A stretch of DNA of 64,000 nucleotides from Polyangiaceae bacterium (GTDB taxonomy: Bacteria > Myxococcota_A > Polyangia > Polyangiales > Polyangiaceae). Positions 17,916-27,937 of the stretch are shown here, one piece after another. The DNA is taken from the NCBI GenBank assembly GCA_044376115.1, contig JBILLK010000008.1, positions 1-64,000 on the forward strand. Direction: 5' to 3'. Made by a program: the position numbers and the translations under genes. Each line of letters opens with the position of its first letter. Position 1 is the first letter of the stretch. The notes under the pieces were generated by a model that worked only from the letters and a program-made list of their open reading frames with translations, searched no databases and was not told the DNA's origin.

Positions 17916-18689
17916 TCATCCTTGCAGCTCGGCCAGCTGCTCGGCAAACACATCGGGGCTGGCCCGCTTGTCGGGGGGCGAGCAGAGAGCATCCTCGAGC
18001 ACGCCGCGCAGCCGCGAGGGAAGCGCGAACGAGGCGCGGGGGCTGAACGGCCTGATCGCGCCGTCTCGCACCGCCACTACGTGCGACCACGTATCCTGGC
18101 GGGGAAACGGCCATTTTTTGCAGAGAATCACCCACAGCGCGAACGCCAGGAAGAACGTCGATGTTCTCGGAGAAGTGTCCCGTCCTAGCAGCCACTCAGG
18201 GCACATCGCGGGGCCGCTGCTGATCCCAGCAGGACAGCGGAGCGTGGACGACGACACGCTGTACGCCCTCTGCCAGACGCCGAAGCCGACGAACTGCCCC
18301 CCTCCTGGCCGTGCGAGCAACAGCTGCGTGTCCAGCTCGGAGTAGAGGTTGGACTCCCCTGTCGACGCGTGCGCTGCGGCGAACCCGTGGGCGATCATCG
18401 AGGCCGCATGGAGGAACGACCCCGCGTCTCCGACCTCCTTCAGCGGGATGGCGTCGAGGGCCACCAAGTAGGTGATTTCAAGGCCCTTCGCGGTGAGGTG
18501 AAGCGCTGTGATGGGCGCAAGCCCGGGGTGTTGGATGAGAGAGATGCCCTGCGCAAGCTCGAAGAGCATGCGGGAGAATGCCTCGTCTCGTTCGTCGTGT
18601 GTACAGGCGCGGACCTCCCCTCGTCTCTGCTGCTTGATGCTCAACTCACCATAAGGAACGCTGGCGTCCATGCTGGTCTGGACCAGCAT
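17916..18689 (-). CDS. Protein kinase-like fold protein, catalytically degenerate
   Basis: HPGL, MCPEW, LWVILCKKWPF and PDKR subdomain echoes; HRD and DFG motifs absent. Confidence 0.55.
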   Translation of the reverse strand: MLVQTSMDASVPYGELSIKQQRRGEVRACTHDERDEAFSRMLFELAQGISLIQHPGLAPITALHLTAKGLEITYLVALDAIPLKEVGDAGSFLHAASMIAHGFAAAHASTGESNLYSELDTQLLLARPGGGQFVGFGVWQRAYSVSSSTLRCPAGISSGPAMCPEWLLGRDTSPRTSTFFLAFALWVILCKKWPFPRQDTWSHVVAVRDGAIRPFSPRASFALPSRLRGVLEDALCSPPDKRASPDVFAEQLAELQG

Positions 18690-18766
18690 CGCGCAGATTC
18701 ATGGACGATCCTAGGTCTGCGCCGCGGTCCCGACAGCGTGACTAAAAGCCACGGCCGCTGTGCTGT

Positions 18767-19222
18767 TCACTCCTCGTCAGCCATCGAGCGAAAGGTCCGC
18801 TCCCACGAGCGCCGACCAAAGGTGTTGCCGCTGTACAGCCGCACGCGCCCTGACTTCGACAGCAGCGCGATCGACGGTGTCACGCCGCGATGCTTCAAGA
18901 AGAACGCCTCTGCGCCGAGCGCGCGCGCCGTCTCGAGCGCCTCGGCCTCGTGCGCGTCGTCGGTCACATCGAGAAACACGAGATCCACCTTGTCTCGAAA
19001 CGGGGCGTAGGCCGGGAGCATCGCCAACTCTGTCCGCCGGCACGGCACGCAACTGTCCGAGCGAATCACCAACACGGCCGGCCGAGCTGCCCCCGTCGGA
19101 GCGCCGGGAGCCGGCACGCTTGCTGCAACCTCGTCAGGCGGGGCTTGAAAGCCTTGGTCTACCTGGCCACCACCGCACGAGATGATGACCATCATCGCGA
19201 ATGATTTAAGAAGGTAAGGCAA
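18767..19222 (-). CDS. Thioredoxin-like (CxxC) lipoprotein
   Basis: IISC lipobox-like, CVPC, VFLDV and TP motifs; start uncertain. Confidence 0.65.
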   Translation of the reverse strand: MPYLLKSFAMMVIISCGGGQVDQGFQAPPDEVAASVPAPGAPTGAARPAVLVIRSDSCVPCRRTELAMLPAYAPFRDKVDLVFLDVTDDAHEAEALETARALGAEAFFLKHRGVTPSIALLSKSGRVRLYSGNTFGRRSWERTFRSMADEE

Positions 19223-19383
19223 CTGTACGAAACGCGAGCGCTGCGAACCTGATTCACAAAGAAGTGCAAAAGTGAAACCGAAGGGGTTCAATTTTGTAAT
19301 GCCCGTGCGCCTCGTTCCTTCTTGACTGCTCATACGTTCGGTACTTTCTCGACGCTGCTCTGTTCTACGACCACCCGCCCGCA

Positions 19384-20502
19384 ATGACAAACTCCGAACG
19401 TGAACCCACGATTGAGGACGCCTCGTCGCCCCCCGCTGCTGAAGGCAGCGGGCGCGTGGCGATCGGCGAGCGCGAGCACGTGGAGGAGCGTCCCCATTCG
19501 GAGGCTCCGTCGACGTCGGCCACCCCGGTTTGGGTCGTAGTCGAGCTACCGGAGGAGGAGCTTGGCGGTGCCTTCTCCGACAAGATCTCGCGCGCCGGCT
19601 TCAAGTCGCAGCTGCACCACCCGAGCATTTTCCTACGTCATGCGGTGATTGAGCCGGAGGCGCTCGCGCTGATGTTGGAGGCGTTGGTCGGCAGAGGTGG
19701 AGCGCCAGGCGCGAAGATGACGCTGCTCAACGGCCTCGGGGAGCCCAGCCTGACCGAGATCCTCACCCAGCTCGAGCCGCTGCAGCAGTTCCTGTCTCGG
19801 CTCAAGTCGCAGTGGCTGATGCCGTACATCGTCGCGCGGCGGGTGTTTCCGCAACTCCAGCCGGTGTTCAACGCAAAGGGAGCGGTCGTCGCGCAAGACG
19901 CGCTCGCGCGGCTCGGGAACTCACAGTCGCAGGCCACCGGGTTGGATATCGTCCGGGCCGCCGCTGAGCTGGATCTTGGCGCCTTGATCGATCGGCTGGT
20001 GCGGCTGGAAGCGTTCAACGCGGCAACAGGCGGGGACACAGCGTTGATCCTGCACCTGAGCACCGCCACCTTGCGCAGCCCGCAACAGCTCAAATCCAGC
20101 CTGATTGAGCTGGCCCGGGTGCACCGCGTGGAGCTCAGCAAAGTGGTTTTGAGCGCCTCCTGGGAGACCTGCCAAGAGGCCACCTCCGTGGGCCGTGCGT
20201 TCTTCGAGCTGCGTTCGCTCGGGGTGCGTTACTCGGTGGGCGGTGGCGTGCGCACGGCGGAATTCTCGTCGGTGGAGCACGTGATCGGTCTGGCCCGCTC
20301 GCTGGACGCGACGAACGTGCGTATGCCCTACGCGGGCGGGGCCCCCTTCGCCTTCGACCCAGGCGTTTTTGAGGCTGTTTGCGCGCAGGCACCGGACGTT
20401 GGCTTGAGCGTGCACGCCACGCGGCTCGCTAGCGTCGCCGAGCTCGAGGCGGCAAAACGTGCCGGGGCCGAGTTCTTCTCCGGCCGGGTGTTGTCCCGCT
20501 AG
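19384..20502 (+). CDS. Degenerate EAL-domain protein
   Basis: FPQLQPVF...QDALARL in place of EAL; ending ELEAAKRAGAEFFSG resembles the EAL C-terminus; no DDFG. Confidence 0.6.
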   Translation: MTNSEREPTIEDASSPPAAEGSGRVAIGEREHVEERPHSEAPSTSATPVWVVVELPEEELGGAFSDKISRAGFKSQLHHPSIFLRHAVIEPEALALMLEALVGRGGAPGAKMTLLNGLGEPSLTEILTQLEPLQQFLSRLKSQWLMPYIVARRVFPQLQPVFNAKGAVVAQDALARLGNSQSQATGLDIVRAAAELDLGALIDRLVRLEAFNAATGGDTALILHLSTATLRSPQQLKSSLIELARVHRVELSKVVLSASWETCQEATSVGRAFFELRSLGVRYSVGGGVRTAEFSSVEHVIGLARSLDATNVRMPYAGGAPFAFDPGVFEAVCAQAPDVGLSVHATRLASVAELEAAKRAGAEFFSGRVLSR

Positions 20503-20561
20503 AGAGCGGCCCGCTCGCGGTCCCCTTTTCGTCCGCGGAGTCGTTGGGCTAGAGTCGCTGC

Positions 20562-22232
<1,671 letters not shown>

Positions 22233-22271
22233 AGGCCGCGCTTAGCGCTACGGCGTGTTAGCCTAGACCCC

Positions 22272-23246
22272 ATGCTTGCGCGTCGTGTCGCTGTCTTGGG
22301 GTCTTTGCTTTGTGTCGTGCTCTCCGCTGCGGCGGGCTGTGGCGACTCCGGAACGTCGAGCGGCGGAGGCGGCTCCACCAGCGAGACGACCTCCAGCACC
22401 AGCGGCGGTAACGGCGGCGGTGGAGGCACCCCGAGCGGGCCGGTCACCGTGGTCACGTGGAACCTCTACAACTTCTTCGACACGACCGAAGACACCTCGA
22501 ACACCTCGGAAGATTCGCAATCCCAAGCCGACTACGACACCAAGCTGAACGCCGTCGTCAGCAAGCTCTCCGAGATCAACCCCGACGTGATGATCCTGGT
22601 CGAGGTCGAAAACGAGGGCATCCTCGATGACATCAATGACGCGCTCGGCGGGGAGTACATCACCCGCGAAATCAGTGAGGGCAATGACCCGCGCGGCGTG
22701 GATATCGCCGCCATGGCGAAGTTTCCGTTCAGCAAAGTGGTTACGCACGCCGAAGAGAAGTTCTTGCTCGATGGCACCAACGCCCCGACCTACACCTACT
22801 CGCGCGATTGCCCCGAGTATCACTTCCAGATCGGGGATCAGAAGGTGGTCTTCTTGGGCGTCCACTTCAAAGCCAAGGGCCCGCCGGACAACCCGGAGAA
22901 GCGCCTCGCGGAAGCCCAACACACGCGCGCCATCGCGGACTTCCTGTTCAGCCAAGACAACACCTTGGCCGTCGGCATCATGGGGGACTTCAACGATCTG
23001 CCCGGTTCTCCGCCGGTCAACGCCGTGCTCAACCCCGACCCGGCCTACATCGACGCAACGCAGTTCGCCCCGCTGGAGGACCAGTGGTCCTTCAACTTCC
23101 AAGGCGCCAAAGAGCTGATCGACCACATGATGGTCAACCCGGTGCTGAGCGAGAAGCTGGACCAATCGAGCGTCGCAATCCCGCACGACACGGTGGTGAG
23201 CCAAGCCAGTGATCACGCGCCCATCGTGGCGACGTTCAACTTCTAA
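22272..23246 (+). CDS. Endonuclease/exonuclease/phosphatase-family lipoprotein
   Basis: AAGC lipobox; TWNLYN, HFKAK, GDFND, IDH and SDHAP motifs. Confidence 0.88.
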   Translation: MLARRVAVLGSLLCVVLSAAAGCGDSGTSSGGGGSTSETTSSTSGGNGGGGGTPSGPVTVVTWNLYNFFDTTEDTSNTSEDSQSQADYDTKLNAVVSKLSEINPDVMILVEVENEGILDDINDALGGEYITREISEGNDPRGVDIAAMAKFPFSKVVTHAEEKFLLDGTNAPTYTYSRDCPEYHFQIGDQKVVFLGVHFKAKGPPDNPEKRLAEAQHTRAIADFLFSQDNTLAVGIMGDFNDLPGSPPVNAVLNPDPAYIDATQFAPLEDQWSFNFQGAKELIDHMMVNPVLSEKLDQSSVAIPHDTVVSQASDHAPIVATFNF

Positions 23247-23251
23247 AGACG

Positions 23252-26200
23252 GTGGAGCCCGGAGGAAAGGACGAAGACCCGCCCCCGAGTCCACGCTCGG
23301 GCAGCGGCTATTCGCTGCGTCCTCCACCCTCCGGCGAGCCGCCTCGTTCGGATAGCGGCTATTCGTTGCGCCCTCCACCCTCCGGCGAGCCGCCTCGTTC
23401 AGACAGCGGCTATTCGCTGCGCCCTCCCCCGGTCGCTGAGTCGCCGGAGCTAACCGGCTATTCGCTGCGCCCTCCGCCCTCCGGTGAGCCGCCTCGTTCG
23501 GGCAGTGGCTATTCGCTGCGCCCGCCGCCCACGGCGACGACCACCCCGCGGCCCAAGCCGAAGACCACCGTACGGCCGCTGCCCAAGCCCAAACGGCGCT
23601 CGCGCGTTGGGCGCATCGTCGCCTTGGTGATCGCCTCGCTGTTCGCGTTGATCGGCCTCGTGCCGCTGCTCGCCGCACTGCTGGTGCGCTCGCCGTTCGT
23701 GCAAGCGTGGGCCGCCGGGGAGACCACCAAGCTGCTCGAGGCCGAGCTCGGCGCGCGCGCAACCTTTCGCTCGCGCGCGACGTTGTGGCCGCTGGCCGTG
23801 ACGGTGCAAGACGTCGAGGTCGAGAGCCATGACGGGGGCTCGCCGTTCGTCGAGGTGGAAGAGGCCACCGTGCGGCCTCGGCTGTTCTCGCTGATCAGCG
23901 GGCGCATCGACGCAGGCGAGGTGGAGGTGGTCGGGCTGCGCGCGCGGGTGGTGTTGAAGGACGGCAAGCTCGTCAACTTCAAGCCCACCCTCCCCGAGGA
24001 TGACGGCAGCGAGTCCAAGCCGCTCGAGCGCGCGCCGCTTCGTTCCTTGAGCATCACCGACGCGGCCTTGGATCTCACGGTGGACGACATGCGCACCAAG
24101 GTGGCGGAGGTCGACGTGGACCTCGCCTTCGGTGAGGGGCTGGCCTTTGAGCTGGCTGCGCGTGCTGCGCGAGGCACCTTCACGTGGCAACACCCGGACC
24201 CAGCGCAGCCCGAGCGCAGCGCGGTGGATGAAGACCGCTTGTGTCAATTGGAGCTGCGTTCAGGCTTCGATCCGAAGACCAACCTGTTCACGATTCGCCG
24301 CTTCGCGTTGAAGGCCAGCGCCGATTTGGACCCTGCGCCGGGCACGCGCCCCGCTTGCGAGCTCGAGCCCGGCGATTGGCGGGCAGTCGCCGTGGAGCTT
24401 GGCACCGTCGAGCTACCCACGGCGCTGCTTTCACTCGAGGGCGTGGGGCTGATCCGTGGGCGGGCGAGCCTCAAAGCCCCGATTGCGCTCTTGCACCGCT
24501 TCGTGAAGTTTCCGCACACCACCGGCGCGGTCGAGGTGGACGTGCAGGCCGAACGCGCGGCCTTCGAACTGTTGCCGCGCCTCTCCGGCACGGTGGGCGC
24601 GTCGAACATCGGGCTCGACGGGAAGATCTTCTCCGACCGGGCCGATCTGCGCGTCCGCCTCGACGGCAAGCGGCTGATCGCAAACGACATCACCGCGCGC
24701 TGGAGCGACGGCGATTTCCGCATCGATCAAGCCACGCTCGATCTCGGCGATCCGACATTGCCGCTGGTCGCGAGTGACGTCCTGGCCGATCACGTGGAGC
24801 TGCAAGGGCTGCTGCGAGATTTGGGCGCGCACCCGCAGTCGCACGTGGGTTGGCGCTTGGATCGCGTCAGCTTCGCGAGCTTCGAAGGCACGCTCAATCC
24901 GCTCGATCTATCGGGCTTTTTGACCGCCGAAACGAGCGGCTTCGGCATCTATGACCGGCCCTCGCACAAGCCGGATCGCAAGCGCATGCTCAGCCTCGAC
25001 CGCGCCGACATCACCGGCACCTTGGCGATCAGACCCGACGCTTGTTACCTCGAGAAGATGCACGCGGTGACCGGCGGCTCCAGCATCTTCACCACGGTCA
25101 AACTGGGCTTCGACAGTGCGTTCGGGCTGGAGGTCGGCCGCGGTACCACGATCGACTTCAGCGAGCTCTCTCCGCTGATCTCGGTGCCCATCGGCGGCCT
25201 GGTGGAGATCGAAGCCCAAGGCACCGGCACCTTCGAGTTCCCGCGCATCGAGGGGGACCTCACGATCGCCGACTTCCTGCTGGGCGGCTTTCAGGCCGGA
25301 GACATTCGCCGGGCACACGCCGTGTTCGTGCCGCTCGCGCTCGACATCACCAACGTCGAGTTGGCCAAGAACCAGAGCGTGATTCAGAGCCCGAAGTTGC
25401 GCGTGGATTTCGACGCCGGCCCCGACGTCCTGGTCGACGCCGAGGTGGACACGCGGCCCGCGCCATCGCTCGGGATCCGCGACTTCTTTGAGGTCTTCCA
25501 GTTCGACCAAGACCCGCGCTTCAAAGGCATCGACGGCATCGCCAAAGGCCTCGCCACCGTGCACTACGCCATCGGCGGCGAAGAGGACAAATGTGGCACC
25601 GGCACGCTGCACGTGAAGGCCCAAACGGAAGTCGAATCCCCCACCCTCTTCGGCGAGAAGTTCGAGCGCGGGTCGCTCGCGGTGGACTTCCGTTGGGACG
25701 ACAGCGAGGCCGGCGGCGACGGAATGGATATCTATCTACCGGCGCTCGCGGTGTATGACGGAAACGGCAGCGTGGTGGGCGAAGCGCGCATTCAGAACGG
25801 CAACCTGAGCGGGACGATGTTCGGCTCGGGCCTCGCGCTCAGCTCGATCGAAGGGACCGGCGCGCTCGGCAGCCTGCTCGATGGTGAGCTCTCCTTCATC
25901 GCCAAGCTCTCCGGCACCCTGAACCGCATGGCAGCCGATCTCGACGTCTCGCTCTCACCGCTGCGCTTCGGCGCCAACCGTCTGCCCGGTTCGCGCTTCG
26001 CCGTGCGTATGACGCCGGACCCAGCTCCGCCTGTCTACACCGAGCGCGTCACCGGCTGCGGTCGCAAGATCGGGCCGCCCTTCTCGTTGGAGGAGTACGA
26101 GAAGGATCTACCGGACGGAGCCTTCGCCGTGAAAGGCCAGCTGTTCGGTGGGCAGCTCGAGCTGAGTGATCTGCAGATATCGAAGCAGCGCGCCAAGGTC

Positions 26201-27937
26201 ATCAAAGGCCAGGTGGGCATCGTGAAGCTGGATCTCGGCACGCTGGCCGCGGTTCATCCCAAAGTGGCGCTCACCGGCCGCGTGCCCAACGCCCATCTTT
26301 CGGGCGAGATCGACATCGCGCGGCTCGAGCTCGAGAACCTCGCTTCGGCGGATGTAAGGGTGGATCTTTCGACGCTCGAGCTCGCGCAAGGGAGCCGCTC
26401 GGTCAAGCTCGCCGCGGCCTCCGGTCCGGTTCGACTGAGCGAAGGCAACCTGAGCGTGCCGCAGCTCGACTTCGTGGTCGCCGATAGCCGGCGCGGCGCG
26501 CGTGTGGCCTTCAACGTCGAAGGCCAACTGCGCTCGCCCTTCGGCCCGGCCAAGCCCGATCTCGACGTGCGCATCGAGATGACGCCCTTCAACCTGGCCG
26601 GCCTGAAGAATGACCTGCCGCAGCTCGACCGCATCGAGGGCATGGCCTCCGGCGGCATCCAATTGAGCGGCGAACTGTCGGCGCCCAAAGTGAGCGGCAA
26701 CTTGCGGCTGCGCGACGGCTCGCTGGCGTTGGTCGGCTTCCCGACGACGATCGAGGATATCGCCGTGGACGTAAGCCTCGGAGACGGCGAGCTACGCGTG
26801 ACCAAAGCCAGCGCTAGCGTAGGCGCAGGCACTGTCGATATCTCCGGCCGCATCCCGCTGATCGGGCTCAGCTACGGCACCGGGACGGCGACCATCACCG
26901 GCCGCGGGCTCAAGCTGCCCGCCGGGGAAGGCATCGACGTCGTGGTCGACGCCGATCTCGATCTGACGTTGCCAGCGGAAGACCGCAAAGACGGAGCGTT
27001 ACCGGATCTGCGCGGCCGGGTGGACGTGAGTTCCTTCTCGTACACAAGGCCGATTTCGCTGATCGGCGAGCTGACCAAGACGATCGGCAAGACCGAGGTC
27101 ACCGACTTCGATCCGGCCGGAGATTTTCTCAGCTTCAACGTGCTGGTGGATTCGCAACGGCCGCTGCGCGTCGACACCGAGCTGGCCGAGATCCAGCTCG
27201 AGTTCGTGGACCCCGGCTTGACGCTGTCCGGCACCAACCAACGTTATGGCGCGCGTGGCGCGCTGCGCGTCCTACCCGAGTCGAAGTTGCGGCTACGCAA
27301 TCACGAGTTCGACATCAGCGAGGGCTTCGTGCGCTTCGAGGACGCGACCAAGATCCGCGCCGACATCGACGTGCGCGCCAGCACCGAGATCCGGCGTTAC
27401 GCACAAGCCGATACAGCGGTAACCGACGGCATCACAGCGACGGGTGGCAAGTGGGACGTCAACGCGCACGCCCACGGCACCAGCGACGAGCTCAAGCTCG
27501 ACCTAAGCAGCGAGCCGGCCCTGGCCCAAGAGGACATCGTGCTCTTGCTCACCGTCGGAATGACGCGCGCCGAGGTGGATCGTGGCTTGGCGACCTCGCT
27601 GGGAGAGACGCTGGGCCTCGAGGCGCTGACGGCGCTCACCGGCGCGGACAAAGCGGTCAAGGCCGTGATCCCGATCATCGACTACTTCCACTTCGGCTCG
27701 ACCTACTCCTCACGCACAGGCCGCACCGAGCCGACCGTCACCATCGGCAAACGTTTGACCGAGGATCTGCGCGCCAACGTGACCACCACCCTCACCGAGC
27801 AAGACGTAGCGGCGACGCTCGAATGGCGACTGCAGAAGGGCGTCAGCCTCGAGGCCTCCTACGACAACACCAACGACATCGGTACGCTGGTCGGGAACGT
27901 GGGCTTGGATCTGCACTGGCGTCTCGAGTTCGAATGA
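23252..27937 (+). CDS. tamB: TamB/AsmA-like translocation and assembly module protein
   Basis: 1561 aa; N-terminal membrane anchor, long beta-rich body, DUF490-like C-terminus; coupled to an Omp85 gene. Confidence 0.8.
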   Translation: MEPGGKDEDPPPSPRSGSGYSLRPPPSGEPPRSDSGYSLRPPPSGEPPRSDSGYSLRPPPVAESPELTGYSLRPPPSGEPPRSGSGYSLRPPPTATTTPRPKPKTTVRPLPKPKRRSRVGRIVALVIASLFALIGLVPLLAALLVRSPFVQAWAAGETTKLLEAELGARATFRSRATLWPLAVTVQDVEVESHDGGSPFVEVEEATVRPRLFSLISGRIDAGEVEVVGLRARVVLKDGKLVNFKPTLPEDDGSESKPLERAPLRSLSITDAALDLTVDDMRTKVAEVDVDLAFGEGLAFELAARAARGTFTWQHPDPAQPERSAVDEDRLCQLELRSGFDPKTNLFTIRRFALKASADLDPAPGTRPACELEPGDWRAVAVELGTVELPTALLSLEGVGLIRGRASLKAPIALLHRFVKFPHTTGAVEVDVQAERAAFELLPRLSGTVGASNIGLDGKIFSDRADLRVRLDGKRLIANDITARWSDGDFRIDQATLDLGDPTLPLVASDVLADHVELQGLLRDLGAHPQSHVGWRLDRVSFASFEGTLNPLDLSGFLTAETSGFGIYDRPSHKPDRKRMLSLDRADITGTLAIRPDACYLEKMHAVTGGSSIFTTVKLGFDSAFGLEVGRGTTIDFSELSPLISVPIGGLVEIEAQGTGTFEFPRIEGDLTIADFLLGGFQAGDIRRAHAVFVPLALDITNVELAKNQSVIQSPKLRVDFDAGPDVLVDAEVDTRPAPSLGIRDFFEVFQFDQDPRFKGIDGIAKGLATVHYAIGGEEDKCGTGTLHVKAQTEVESPTLFGEKFERGSLAVDFRWDDSEAGGDGMDIYLPALAVYDGNGSVVGEARIQNGNLSGTMFGSGLALSSIEGTGALGSLLDGELSFIAKLSGTLNRMAADLDVSLSPLRFGANRLPGSRFAVRMTPDPAPPVYTERVTGCGRKIGPPFSLEEYEKDLPDGAFAVKGQLFGGQLELSDLQISKQRAKVIKGQVGIVKLDLGTLAAVHPKVALTGRVPNAHLSGEIDIARLELENLASADVRVDLSTLELAQGSRSVKLAAASGPVRLSEGNLSVPQLDFVVADSRRGARVAFNVEGQLRSPFGPAKPDLDVRIEMTPFNLAGLKNDLPQLDRIEGMASGGIQLSGELSAPKVSGNLRLRDGSLALVGFPTTIEDIAVDVSLGDGELRVTKASASVGAGTVDISGRIPLIGLSYGTGTATITGRGLKLPAGEGIDVVVDADLDLTLPAEDRKDGALPDLRGRVDVSSFSYTRPISLIGELTKTIGKTEVTDFDPAGDFLSFNVLVDSQRPLRVDTELAEIQLEFVDPGLTLSGTNQRYGARGALRVLPESKLRLRNHEFDISEGFVRFEDATKIRADIDVRASTEIRRYAQADTAVTDGITATGGKWDVNAHAHGTSDELKLDLSSEPALAQEDIVLLLTVGMTRAEVDRGLATSLGETLGLEALTALTGADKAVKAVIPIIDYFHFGSTYSSRTGRTEPTVTIGKRLTEDLRANVTTTLTEQDVAATLEWRLQKGVSLEASYDNTNDIGTLVGNVGLDLHWRLEFE
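23294..23530 (+). repeat. Five in-frame ~51-bp repeats encoding GYSLRPPP units
   Basis: GGCTATTCG cores at 23306, 23357, 23408, 23456 and 23507. Confidence 0.9.

Noticed and set aside
23294..23530. CRISPR-like periodic repeat
   Set aside because: In-frame coding repeats with synonymous variation inside tamB.
27451..27933. N-terminal 161 aa of the 1261-aa Omp85 ORF
   Set aside because: Overlaps tamB out of frame; a signal peptide begins at ATG 27934.
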